Shown: positions 39,177 through 49,384 of the stretch, in pieces
Layout: each line of letters begins with the position of its first letter
Numbering within the stretch: the stretch's first letter is position 1
DNA from: Bacilli bacterium
GTDB lineage: Bacteria; Bacillota_I; Bacilli_A; RF39; UBA660
Length of the DNA: 53,639 bases
Assembly (NCBI GenBank): GCA_017964405.1
Contig: JAGCSA010000018.1
Location: forward strand, 1 to 53,639
Reading direction: 5' to 3'
The notes under the pieces: generated by a model
What the model was told of the DNA's origin: nothing
The model's input: the letters and a program-made list of their open reading frames with translations, nothing else
The model's database searches: none
Program-made: the position numbers and the translations under genes

Positions 39177-40832
39177 ATGATTGAGACAATCGAAGTCACA
39201 ATAGAAGGAAAAAAATATAAATATAATAAAGGGATTACACTAGAAGAAGTATTAACAGAACACCAAGTTGATCGAAAATATCCAGTATTAATTGCGAGAA
39301 TTAATAATCGTCTAAAAGAACTATCAGCAGAATTAAAAGAAGATTCAAAAGTAGAATTCCTAGATTTAACTTCTCATGAAGGAAATAGAGTTCATATTAA
39401 TGGATTAATTTTAGTATTTTATTATGCAGTAAATTCTTTATATGGAAAAGATGCAAAATTCAGAGTAGAGTACTCTCTAGATAAAGGAATTTATATTAAG
39501 ACAAAATTCAAATTAACAGATGAAAAACTAAGTACCATCAAATCTACCATGAAAGATATCATTAAAAAAGATATGCCAATTACGAGAATGAATATTGACC
39601 GTTTAGAAGCAATCAAATACTTCCAAGAAATCGGAGAAGACAGTAAAGCAGGAGTCATGAAATATAATACAGATAATTATATTACCCTATATCGTTTAGG
39701 AAATGTATATGATTATTACTATAGTTTAATGCCTACTTCTACAGCAAAAGTAAAAGACTTTGATTTAACATTCTTAAATGAACATAGTTTTGTATTAAGA
39801 TTCCCAACAGTTTATATTAATGACAAGATTAAAAAATATGAACATCATCCATTAATGTTTGATGTATTTGAACAATATAAAGCATGGGCTGATCTAATCG
39901 GAGTAAGAACATCAGTTGATTTAAATAAGATTGTTTCAACCGGAACCATCAGTGATCTAATTAAAATGGATGAAACGATTCAAACCCATCGTCTATTGTC
40001 GTTAGGAAAAGAAATCTGGGATAACAGAAAGAAAATTAAAGTGATTTTACTAGCAGGACCATCTTCTTCTGGAAAAACAACCACGTCTAGAAAACTAAAG
40101 ATCTATTTAAATTGTGCAGGATTCCAACCAATCACAGTTGGAATGGATGATTTCTTTGTCGATCGAAAAGATAATCCAAAAGATGAAAATGGAGAATATG
40201 ATTATGAATGCCTAGAAGCAATTGATTTAAAATTATTTGATGAAACTATCAAAAAATTAATTGCAGGAGAAAAAGTAATCATGCCTAGTTATAATTTCTA
40301 TACAGGAAAAAAGGAATTTAAGAATGAATTACAGTTAGGAGAAAATGAAATCATTATTATTGAAGGAATTCATGCCCTAGATTCTAGAATCCTAACTAGT
40401 ATTCCAAGAGAAAATAAATATAAGATTTATATTTCTCCATTAACAGAATTAAGAATGGATGATCATAACAGAATTCCTACTTCAGATAATCGAATCTTAA
40501 GAAGAATTGTAAGAGATAATCGTACGAGAAATTATAGAGTAGAAGATACGTTATCTCAATGGCATAAAGTACGAGAGGGAGAAGAAAAATATATTTTCCC
40601 ATACCAAGATGAAGCAGATATCATGATTAATTCCGCAGCCATCTATGAGATGGGAGTATTAAAAACATATGTAGAACCATTATTGTATTCCGTAGAAAGC
40701 GATTCTCCTTATTATGAAGAAGCCACAAGATTAATCAATTAATTAAGATTATTCCTACCAATCCCTTCAGAATCCATTCCAGAAGATGCAGTTATAAGAG
40801 AATTCATTGGAGGAAGTTATTTCCATGAATAA
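39177..40832 (+). pseudogene. Uridine/nucleoside kinase with ThrRS-like N-terminus, interrupted by an in-frame TAA
   Basis: AGPSSSGKTT, IIEGIHAL; after TAA 40740-40742 the frame continues LRLFLPIPSESIPEDAVIREFIGGSYFHE*. Confidence 0.75.
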
Positions 40833-40928
40833 GAAAAGCACTGATACTAGGGCTTTTTTTTGCATATCATCAAAATAATATGCTAGAAAAAAATGATATA
40901 ATATGCTATTCTTAAATTAGAAAGGAGC

Positions 40929-42020
40929 ATGATTATGAGTACAAAAGATAGTCCAAAGAAGAAAGAGAGTGTTGAAAAGAAAAAAGCATTTTGCCCTAAA
41001 TGTGGAAATGAAGTAAAAGAAAATGAGGTGTTCTGTCCTTCTTGCGGTAACCAATTAAAAGAAAATCAAAATGGAATACAAAAACAAAATATGGTAAATA
41101 ATAACCAACAAAAAGGAAAGAGCAATGGGTTGTCTACAGCTGGATTCATATGTGCTTTATTTGGATTTATAACATGTGGTTTAACATCAATTATAGGATT
41201 AATTCTAAGCTGTATCGGATTGTCAAATAGCAAAAAAAATAATCAAAAAGATGGATTAGCAATAGCAGGGATTATTATATCTAGTATAATGTTTATTCCA
41301 TTTTTTATAGGAATTGTGAATGGAATTGTAGAAGGAATCAATGCTAAAGATATAATAGTTCCGGATTTTTCTTCCATGACAAGATTAGAAGCGGAAAAAT
41401 GGTGCGAAGAAAATGAAATGAAATGTGATTTTTCAGAAGAGTATTCAGATGTTGTTTCAGAAGGAGAATTTATTAGTCAAGAATATGCAACTGGTGAAAA
41501 AGTAAAATCAAATATATATGTTGATATTATTTATTCAAAAGGAGAAAGACCTACAACAAAAAAAGAAAAATCAAAACAAGAAAAAAACAATTCTGAATCA
41601 AAACAAGAAACAAAAAATTCCGAACCTAAACAAGAAACGCCAAAGAAGACTGAAGAAGAGAAAAAAGCTGAATATATAGCATCTTGTGAATACTATGGTT
41701 ATAAAGATATTGGCCGTCAACCAGAAGAATTTAAAGGGAAAAAAGCAAGATTTAGAGGAAGGGTTTTACAAATCAAAGAGGATACTTGGAACAATAACAA
41801 AGTTGTTTTATTAGTACAAGTAACCGAAAATGAATATGGTTGGTGGGATGATTCTGTATATGTGACATATAAATATAAAGATGGAGAAAGCAGAATACTT
41901 GAAGAAGATATAATTAATATGTATGGAACAATTGAAGGAACAACATCATATTATTCAGTTCTTGGAGCAAAGATTACTGTTCCAGCATTTACAGCAAAAT
42001 ACATAGATATAGAACAATAA
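40929..42020 (+). CDS. Zinc-ribbon, DUF4190-like TM, PASTA-like and OB-fold-like membrane protein
   Basis: FCPKCG...FCPSCG; GLAIAGIIIS; VPDFSSM...EEYSDVVSEGEFISQ; YKDIGRQPEEFKGKKARFRGRVLQI. Confidence 0.75.
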   Translation: MIMSTKDSPKKKESVEKKKAFCPKCGNEVKENEVFCPSCGNQLKENQNGIQKQNMVNNNQQKGKSNGLSTAGFICALFGFITCGLTSIIGLILSCIGLSNSKKNNQKDGLAIAGIIISSIMFIPFFIGIVNGIVEGINAKDIIVPDFSSMTRLEAEKWCEENEMKCDFSEEYSDVVSEGEFISQEYATGEKVKSNIYVDIIYSKGERPTTKKEKSKQEKNNSESKQETKNSEPKQETPKKTEEEKKAEYIASCEYYGYKDIGRQPEEFKGKKARFRGRVLQIKEDTWNNNKVVLLVQVTENEYGWWDDSVYVTYKYKDGESRILEEDIINMYGTIEGTTSYYSVLGAKITVPAFTAKYIDIEQ

Positions 42021-42139
42021 AATATTAAAAACCTTCGCTGCAGAAGGTTTTTATTTTTTCCAAAAAAACTGAATACTTCTATTGAAACAATACCCCAAAA
42101 AGTTATATAATATAACTTAGATAATAAGGAGGAAAAGTT

Positions 42140-43144
42140 ATGATTAGAGTAGCAATCAATGGATTCGGAAGAATCGGAAGATTATGTTTCAGATTAATGG
42201 AAGAAAATCCAGAATTTGAGGTAGTTGCCATCAATGATTTAACAGATGCAGATCAATTAGCTTACTTATTAAAATACGATACCAATCATAGAAACTATCG
42301 TATTGATGAAATAAGAGCAGAAGGAGAATACATTATAGTAGGAGAAAGACGCGTAAAAGTATATGCAGAAAAAGATCCTGCTATGTTACCATGGAAAGAT
42401 CTAGATGTAGATGTTGTATTTGAATGTACAGGATTATTCACATCCGATGAAAAAGCAATGGCACATATTAATGCCGGAGCAAAACACGTTATTATTTCAG
42501 CACCTGCTAAAGGAGATTTAAAGACAGTTGTTTATAATGTTAACCATGAAATCTTAACAGGAGAGGAACAAATCATTTCAGCTGCAAGTTGTACAACAAA
42601 CTGTTTAGCACCAGTAGTAGATGTATTAGATAAAGAGTTTGGTATCGTAAAAGGATACATGACAACCGTTCATGCTTATACGAATGATCAAGCTTCTTTA
42701 GATATTGCTCATAAGAAAGGACATTTAGCAAGACGTGGACGTGCTTGTGCAGCAAACATTGTACCAGCATCAACAGGAGCAGCAAGTGCCATTGGTCTAG
42801 TATGCCCTAACTTAGCAGGGAAATTAGATGGAACGGCTATGCGTGTACCAGTTCCAACAGGATCTGTAGTAGACTTAACACTAGAACTTGGAAGAAATAC
42901 AACAGCAGAAGAAATTAATAATGTATTAAAAGCTCATACCAATGAGACATTAGAATATACGGATGATCCAATTGTATCTTCAGACGTTATTGGAAGACGT
43001 TGTGGATCTCTAGTAGATGGATTATCAACCAGTGTACTAGATGTAGATGGAAAACAATTAGTAAAAGTAGTATCTTGGTATGATAATGAAATGAGTTATA
43101 CAGCTCAAATGGTTAGAACAGCAAAATATTTAATGACAAGATAG
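42140..43144 (+). CDS. gap: Glyceraldehyde-3-phosphate dehydrogenase type I
   Basis: INGFGRIGR, ASCTTNCLAP, WYDNE. Confidence 0.98.
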   Translation: MIRVAINGFGRIGRLCFRLMEENPEFEVVAINDLTDADQLAYLLKYDTNHRNYRIDEIRAEGEYIIVGERRVKVYAEKDPAMLPWKDLDVDVVFECTGLFTSDEKAMAHINAGAKHVIISAPAKGDLKTVVYNVNHEILTGEEQIISAASCTTNCLAPVVDVLDKEFGIVKGYMTTVHAYTNDQASLDIAHKKGHLARRGRACAANIVPASTGAASAIGLVCPNLAGKLDGTAMRVPVPTGSVVDLTLELGRNTTAEEINNVLKAHTNETLEYTDDPIVSSDVIGRRCGSLVDGLSTSVLDVDGKQLVKVVSWYDNEMSYTAQMVRTAKYLMTR

Positions 43145-43154
43145 GAGGAATACT

Positions 43155-43916
43155 ATGCCATTCTTAGTAATTGTAATTATCGTTGTAGGAATTATTTTGT
43201 TAAATTCCATTAAACAAATTAATGAATATGAAAGAGGGATCTTATTTACTTGTGGTAAATTTACCAAAGTATTAACACCAGGATGGAAAATTATATTACC
43301 AATCTTTCAATCATTCAAAAAAGTAGATATCAGAACTGTTGCAGTAGACGTTCCAGAACAAGAAGCGATTACCAAAGATAATGTTTCGATTCGAATCAAT
43401 GCTGTTATTTACTACAAAATCTTTGATGCTGGAAAAGCGATCTGTGAAGTACAAAACTATTACTTCGCTGTTAGCCAATTAGCACAAACAACCATGAGAA
43501 ATGTAGTAGGTGCTGCCACTTTAAATGAACTATTAAGTGAAAGAGAAAAAATTTCCAATGAGATTTGCCAAGTAATTGATCAAGCAACCGATCCTTGGGG
43601 AGTAAAAGTAGAAAATGTTGAATTAAAAGACGTAAGTCTTCCAGAGGAAATGAAGAGAGTAATTGCTAAAGGAGCAGAAGCAGAAAGAGAAAAAGTTGCA
43701 ATCCTTACAAAAGCACAAGGAGAAGTAGAAGCGGCTAACAGTCTAGCACAAGCAGCTACTGTCATGGGTAATACTCCAGGAGCCCTTCATTTAAGAACAT
43801 TATCTACCTTAAATGATTTAAGTTCTGATCAATCCAATACCATCATCTTTGCAGTACCGATTGAAGTATTAAAAGCAGTAGAAGGATTATCAAACAAATT
43901 TAATAATAAACAATAA
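43155..43916 (+). CDS. SPFH/stomatin (slipin) protein
   Basis: ITKDNVSI, LAQTTMRNVVG, DPWGVKVENVELKD. Confidence 0.93.
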   Translation: MPFLVIVIIVVGIILLNSIKQINEYERGILFTCGKFTKVLTPGWKIILPIFQSFKKVDIRTVAVDVPEQEAITKDNVSIRINAVIYYKIFDAGKAICEVQNYYFAVSQLAQTTMRNVVGAATLNELLSEREKISNEICQVIDQATDPWGVKVENVELKDVSLPEEMKRVIAKGAEAEREKVAILTKAQGEVEAANSLAQAATVMGNTPGALHLRTLSTLNDLSSDQSNTIIFAVPIEVLKAVEGLSNKFNNKQ

Positions 43917-43986
43917 GAAAAGGAGTTTACTCCTTTTTTTTATAGAAGAAAAATGGTATAATTTGGAATAGATAGGAGAATAAGAT

Positions 43987-45159
43987 ATGAAGACAATAAA
44001 AGATATAAATATTGATAATAAGAAGGTTATCATTAGATGTGATTTTAATGTCCCAATGAAAGATGGGGAAATAGTGGATGATACGAGAATTAGAGGAGCA
44101 TTACCAACCATACAATACTGCTTAGATCATAATGCAAAGATCATTTTACTATCTCATTTGGGAAGAGTAAAAGAAAGAGAAGATTTAGTTAAGAACGATT
44201 TAGCTCCCGTAGCAGAGCATTTAGCAAAACTTTTAAACCAAGACATTTTATTTAGTGAAAAGACAAGAGGAGAAGAATTAGAAGCAATTGTTGCCTCTTT
44301 AGAACCAGGAGATATTGTATTAGTACAAAATACAAGATATGAAGATTTAGATGGTAAAAAGGAAAGCAGTAATGATCCTGAATTAGGAGAATATTGGGCT
44401 TCTTTAGGAGATGTATTTATTAATGATGCTTTTGGTACCATCCATAGAGCACATGCATCTAACGTAGGAATTGCCTCTCACTTAGAATCAGGAGTAGGAT
44501 TCTTAATTGAAAAAGAATTGAATGCACTAAGTGTATTAGAAAATCCAGAAAGACCATTTATTGTCGTACTAGGAGGAGCAAAAGTAGCAGATAAAGTCGG
44601 AGTGATTGAAAACCTAGTAACGAAAGCAGATAAGATTTTAATTGGTGGTGGAATGGCTTTCACATTCTTAAAAGCAGAAGGAGTAGAAATTGGAAAATCT
44701 CTATTAGATGAAGAAAACTTAGATTTCTGCAGAAGAATGTTAGAAGAATATCCTGATAAGATTGAATTACCACTTGATTTTGCCGTAACCAATGAATATA
44801 CAGATGATGAAGAGTATCGTATCAAGAAAGCAAACCAAATCGGTCCAGATGAAATGGGATTAGATATTGGAGACGATACAAGAAGCTATTTTGAGGGAAT
44901 CTTAAAAGATGCTAAAACCGTTATTTGGAATGGACCATTAGGAGTATATGAATTCTCAAAATATAAAAAGAATACCGATGAAATTCTACAATTTTTAGTA
45001 GATAACAATATTAAGACAATCCTAGGAGGAGGAGACATCGTAGCAGCTGCAACAACCGCAGGATTAGATCAACAAGTATATCATGCATCAACAGGAGGAG
45101 GAGCAACCTTAGAATACTTAGAAGGAAAGAAATTACCAGGATTAGAAGCTATAAAGTAG
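43987..45159 (+). CDS. pgk: Phosphoglycerate kinase
   Basis: DFNVP, SHLGR, DAFGTIHRAHAS, GGAKVADK, STGGGA. Confidence 0.98.
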   Translation: MKTIKDINIDNKKVIIRCDFNVPMKDGEIVDDTRIRGALPTIQYCLDHNAKIILLSHLGRVKEREDLVKNDLAPVAEHLAKLLNQDILFSEKTRGEELEAIVASLEPGDIVLVQNTRYEDLDGKKESSNDPELGEYWASLGDVFINDAFGTIHRAHASNVGIASHLESGVGFLIEKELNALSVLENPERPFIVVLGGAKVADKVGVIENLVTKADKILIGGGMAFTFLKAEGVEIGKSLLDEENLDFCRRMLEEYPDKIELPLDFAVTNEYTDDEEYRIKKANQIGPDEMGLDIGDDTRSYFEGILKDAKTVIWNGPLGVYEFSKYKKNTDEILQFLVDNNIKTILGGGDIVAAATTAGLDQQVYHASTGGGATLEYLEGKKLPGLEAIK

Positions 45160-45516
45160 GTGAGCAAATTGAGTACTACAAAACTGATTCCAAAAGAAAA
45201 AAGTGAGAGTACAGATAATAATGATATTCTTCTAGAATTAGTACTAGAAGAACAATCAAAAACACAAGATATTTGCGAACTAAAAGGATATAGAGATCTG
45301 AAAAGTTGTACTCTGTCTTTTTCCGATAAAACAAAAAAAAGAAAGATTGCTGATATGGCAACCGATTATGCTTTAACAACCCTAGGAATGGAAGAAGTAT
45401 TTTTAAGAATCAATCCAGAAGATAAAGACCTTTTAGAATATTTAGATTCCCATGAATTTGAATGTTTAGGAGATGAAAAAGGTAGTATAATATATCTGAA
45501 AGAGAAAGAGTACTAG
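45160..45516 (+). CDS. Hypothetical protein (possibly degenerate GNAT-like)
   Basis: Fills the gap between pgk and the next gene; LGMEEVFLRINPED...EFECLG loosely GNAT-like. Confidence 0.55.
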   Translation: MSKLSTTKLIPKEKSESTDNNDILLELVLEEQSKTQDICELKGYRDLKSCTLSFSDKTKKRKIADMATDYALTTLGMEEVFLRINPEDKDLLEYLDSHEFECLGDEKGSIIYLKEKEY

Positions 45517-45531
45517 AAAAAGGATGATATC

Positions 45532-46530
45532 ATGACAATTGTAAACAATATAAAGAAGAATACAATACTATTAGTAATCATTACAATGATAGTATTGTAT
45601 TTTGTATTAAAAGACGATGCACAGGGAATTATAGATACCATTAAGAATATGGATGTTAAATACATCCTTCTTGCATTCTGCTGTTACTTAACATCCGTTA
45701 CTTTAAAAGGATATATCAATTATAAAATTGTAAATGATAAAGAAAAATTTAGTAAAACAGAGGCGATTCGACAGAATTTTATTGCACAATTCTTTAATGG
45801 AATTACTCCTTTTCAAACAGGAGGAGAACCAATGGCTATCTATATGTTAAGAGAACAAGGAATCCCTGTATCGAAAGCAACAAACTATATGGTACAAAGT
45901 TTTATCTTTTATCAAATTGCTTTAGTAATATGTGGAATTATTGCCGTAGGATATAATTCTATCTTTCACATATTCCCAAAAGTAGAATTATTACAAAAAT
46001 TAGTATTACTAGGATTTGCTATTAATACGATCGTTGTCATTCTATTACTAGCATCTTATTCGAAACAAGCAACAACTAAATTAAGTAAAGTTACTTATAA
46101 GTTTGTTAAAAAAATCAAAAAGAATTTAACAGAAGAAGAATGGTTACAAAAATTTGAAGATTATCATAATGGTTTCCAAGAATTAAAACAAAGAAAGAAA
46201 TTATTTGTAGGAGGAATCTCCTTAAATATGATCAGTTTAATCTGTTTATATATTGTTCCCTTCTTTGTATTAAAAGGATTACAAAATACAGAAACATTAA
46301 CCATTATGGAAACATTAGTATCTTCTGCTTATGTCTATTTAATAGGAGCTTTTGTTCCCATACCAGGAGCTAGTGGAGGAATTGAGTATGGATTTACCCA
46401 ATTCTTTGGAAACTTCTTAGAAGGAAGTATTGTATCAGCCATGGTAATTGTTTGGAGATTCTTAACATATTATTTAGGAATTATGATAGGAGCTATCTTA
46501 TTTAATATTCGCGAAAGGGTGAGAAAATGA
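45532..46530 (+). CDS. Lysylphosphatidylglycerol synthase TM (flippase-like) protein
   Basis: FFNGITPFQTGGEP, PIPGASGGIE, WRFLTYY. Confidence 0.9.
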   Translation: MTIVNNIKKNTILLVIITMIVLYFVLKDDAQGIIDTIKNMDVKYILLAFCCYLTSVTLKGYINYKIVNDKEKFSKTEAIRQNFIAQFFNGITPFQTGGEPMAIYMLREQGIPVSKATNYMVQSFIFYQIALVICGIIAVGYNSIFHIFPKVELLQKLVLLGFAINTIVVILLLASYSKQATTKLSKVTYKFVKKIKKNLTEEEWLQKFEDYHNGFQELKQRKKLFVGGISLNMISLICLYIVPFFVLKGLQNTETLTIMETLVSSAYVYLIGAFVPIPGASGGIEYGFTQFFGNFLEGSIVSAMVIVWRFLTYYLGIMIGAILFNIRERVRK

Positions 46531-47762
46531 GAATTGGAATCTTTACAGAAACATATACCCCTTATATCAGTGGATTAGTAACCAGCGAAGTGATGTTAAA
46601 GCATGCGTTAGAAAAACAAGGACATGAAGTCTATGTCGTAACAGCAAACTTAGAGAGTTTTAAATATGAGTATGATGAAAAAGAAAGAGTATTAAAGATA
46701 CCTGGATTACCAACAGGAATCTATGATTCTAGATTAACGAGTGTGTATCCGATTAGAGCCGTTAATAAAATCAAAAGTTGGAACTTAGACGTGATTCATT
46801 CTCAAACAGAATTTGCAGTAGGAACCTTCGCAAGACTTTTTGCCAAACAATTTAATATTCCGTTAGTCCATACCTATCATACGTTGTATGAAGACTATGT
46901 ACACTATATTACGAAAGGATACTTCAATCGTTCTAGTAAGAAGATTGTAGAGTACCTATCAAAGTTCTATTGTGAGACAACCGCAACAGAATTAATAGTT
47001 CCAACCAATAAAATCTATAAATTATTTAGAGAAAAATATAACTTTGAAAAGAATATTCATATTATTCCAACCGGAATAGAAGTAGAAAGATTCTACCAAG
47101 AAAATCAAGATGAAAAAGAAATAGAGAATTTAAGAAAACTACTAAATATTAGTAAAAAAGATTTTGTTATTCTATTCGTAGGAAGATTAGCAGAAGAAAA
47201 GAATGTAAAATTCTTAATTCACTCTCAAAAAATACTAGCAGACAAGTATAAAAATATGAAGTTGATTATTGTAGGAGATGGACCAGATAAAGAAGAATAT
47301 GAAGAATATTCAAAAAAACTAGGATTAGAAAAGAATGTCATCTTCACAGGAAAAGTAGCATGGAAAGATATGCCATATTACTATCATATTTCGGATATCT
47401 TTGCGACAGCTTCTAAAACAGAGACACAAGGATTAACAGTCATAGAAGCAATGGCTGCGAATACCGTTCCTGTTTGTATGAGAGATGAAGCATTTCAATC
47501 TATGGTAACAGAAGATTTAAATGGATTATTCTTTGAAACAGAAGAAGAGTATCAAAAGAAGATTCTTTATTTATATGAAAATAGAAAAGAATTAGAAAAA
47601 ATTGATAAACAAGCTCGGATTCAAGCAGAACACTATAGTTCCAAAAACTATGCAGATCGTGTACTAGAAGTCTATCAAAGAGCAATCAAAGAAAAAGAAA
47701 TGGAAAATCGATTTGGAATCTTATCGAAATTATATAAAAAGATTAAGGAGAGGTTTTTATGA
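46527..47762 (+). CDS. GT4 glycosyltransferase, diacylglycerol glucosyltransferase-like
   Basis: MRIGIFTETYTP, VHTYHTLYEDY, GRLAEEKN, SKTETQGLTVIEAMA. Confidence 0.9.
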   Translation: MRIGIFTETYTPYISGLVTSEVMLKHALEKQGHEVYVVTANLESFKYEYDEKERVLKIPGLPTGIYDSRLTSVYPIRAVNKIKSWNLDVIHSQTEFAVGTFARLFAKQFNIPLVHTYHTLYEDYVHYITKGYFNRSSKKIVEYLSKFYCETTATELIVPTNKIYKLFREKYNFEKNIHIIPTGIEVERFYQENQDEKEIENLRKLLNISKKDFVILFVGRLAEEKNVKFLIHSQKILADKYKNMKLIIVGDGPDKEEYEEYSKKLGLEKNVIFTGKVAWKDMPYYYHISDIFATASKTETQGLTVIEAMAANTVPVCMRDEAFQSMVTEDLNGLFFETEEEYQKKILYLYENRKELEKIDKQARIQAEHYSSKNYADRVLEVYQRAIKEKEMENRFGILSKLYKKIKERFL

Positions 47763-48463
47763 TTATCGCATTAAATAATAAAAGTAATTTAGGAAAAGAA
47801 GACTTCTATGTCTATCAAGAAAGAATAGGAGATATAGAGAAGAACTCACAAATCATCTTATGTCCTACTCTTTTAAACATTAATCTATTTGATTTAGAAA
47901 ATGTTTCTTTAGGAGCTCAAAATGTGAGTACACAGGATCCAGGAGCTTATACAGGAGAAGTATCTGCCAAAGACTTAAAAGCATCCGAGGTATCTTATTG
48001 TATTGTAGGTCATAGTGAAAGAAGAACATATCAAAGAGAAACCCTAGAAGAAGTTCATGATAAAGTAAAGAAATTATTCGAATATGATATCACTCCAATC
48101 CTATGTATTGGAGAGACAAAAGAAGAAAGAGAACAAGGATTAGTAGGACAAGTCTTAAAAGAAGAGATTGAAACAGCAACCTATGATTTAACAGAAGAAC
48201 AAAAGAGTCGATTAATCATTGCTTATGAGCCAATCTGGTCAATAGGAACTGGTATTATTCCAACCTTAGAACAAATTGATGAAGTATTACGTTTTATTAA
48301 AACATTCTTACCAAATACCACTCTATTATATGGAGGAAGTGCGAATGAAAAGAATATTGATATGTTAAAACAATCTCCTTTAATAGAAGGATATCTTTTA
48401 GGAGGATTAAGTCTAAAACCAGAAGAATTACAAATCTTTATCAATAAATTAGAAAACAAATAA
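47759..48463 (+). CDS. tpiA: Triosephosphate isomerase
   Basis: GAYTGEVS, GHSERR, AYEPIWSIGTG, YGGS. Confidence 0.96.
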   Translation: MIIALNNKSNLGKEDFYVYQERIGDIEKNSQIILCPTLLNINLFDLENVSLGAQNVSTQDPGAYTGEVSAKDLKASEVSYCIVGHSERRTYQRETLEEVHDKVKKLFEYDITPILCIGETKEEREQGLVGQVLKEEIETATYDLTEEQKSRLIIAYEPIWSIGTGIIPTLEQIDEVLRFIKTFLPNTTLLYGGSANEKNIDMLKQSPLIEGYLLGGLSLKPEELQIFINKLENK

Positions 48464-48539
48464 AGACATCAATGATGTCTTTTTTCTTTTCCAATCCTAT
48501 TATATAATGATAATTGCGTGGTAAATGATAGGAGAGGAT

Positions 48540-49301
48540 ATGAATGAAATAAAATTATTCATCATAGAAGATAACCCCATACAGAGAAGTATTATTAAAG
48601 AATACTTTCAAAAAAGATCAAATATGAAAATAGTACGAGAAGCCAATAATGGAGAGGAAGGCATGAAATGGTTAGAAGAAGATTATGATGTTCTTCTACT
48701 AGATATCGTAATGCCAAAGAAAGACGGAATAGAAGTACTAAAGTATATGAGAGATCATCAACTAGAAAAAAGAGTGATTGTGATGACAGCTTGTAATTCC
48801 CAAGAATTCATTCAAAAAGCAACAGAGTTAGGAGCGAGTTATTACTTATTAAAGCCATTTGACTTAAACAAACTAGAAGAAATGATAAAAGAAGTCATTT
48901 TAGAAAAAACAAATAGAAGGATTCATCTCTATCAAAATGAATTGCAAGCATCCATTACAAAAGTATTACATGAATTGGGAATCCCTTCTCATATGAAAGG
49001 ATATCTATATCTAAAAGAAGGAATAGAGAAAATCTATGAGAATCCAGAATTAGCAAAAGAGATAACAAAGAAACTATATCCAATGATTGCAAAGAAGTAT
49101 CATTCTTCTACGATCAGAGTAGAACGATCTATTAGACATGCGATTGAAGTAGGATGGAACCGAGCAAACTGGGATTTTACAGAAGAAGTATTTGGATATA
49201 GTATTGATAGTGAGAAGGCTAAACCAACCAATCGAGAGTACATGACAACCATAGCAGAAAAGATTAAAATGGATTATCATAAACCATTATTAAGCACATA
49301 A
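48540..49301 (+). CDS. spo0A: Spo0A-family response regulator
   Basis: Receiver domain (LLLDIVMP, KPFD) plus Spo0A C-domain (LGIPSHMKGYLYL, ITKKLYP, RVERSIRHAIEVGW, KPTN). Confidence 0.88.
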   Translation: MNEIKLFIIEDNPIQRSIIKEYFQKRSNMKIVREANNGEEGMKWLEEDYDVLLLDIVMPKKDGIEVLKYMRDHQLEKRVIVMTACNSQEFIQKATELGASYYLLKPFDLNKLEEMIKEVILEKTNRRIHLYQNELQASITKVLHELGIPSHMKGYLYLKEGIEKIYENPELAKEITKKLYPMIAKKYHSSTIRVERSIRHAIEVGWNRANWDFTEEVFGYSIDSEKAKPTNREYMTTIAEKIKMDYHKPLLST

Positions 49302-49322
49302 GACTTGAAAAAGTCTTTTTTG

Positions 49323-49351
49323 TTGACAAAAAAGAAATATAAAAGTATACT
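49323..49351 (+). promoter_or_regulatory. Sigma-A promoter directly after the spo0A terminator (49300-49321)
   Basis: TTGACA-17 nt-TATACT. Confidence 0.8.
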
Positions 49352-49384
49352 TAATATAGGAAATATGTTAGGAGGATACAATTT

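Noticed and set aside
40740-40742. Stop-codon reassignment
   Set aside because: TAA, TAG and TGA all end conserved genes in this window and RF2 is present; only one such case
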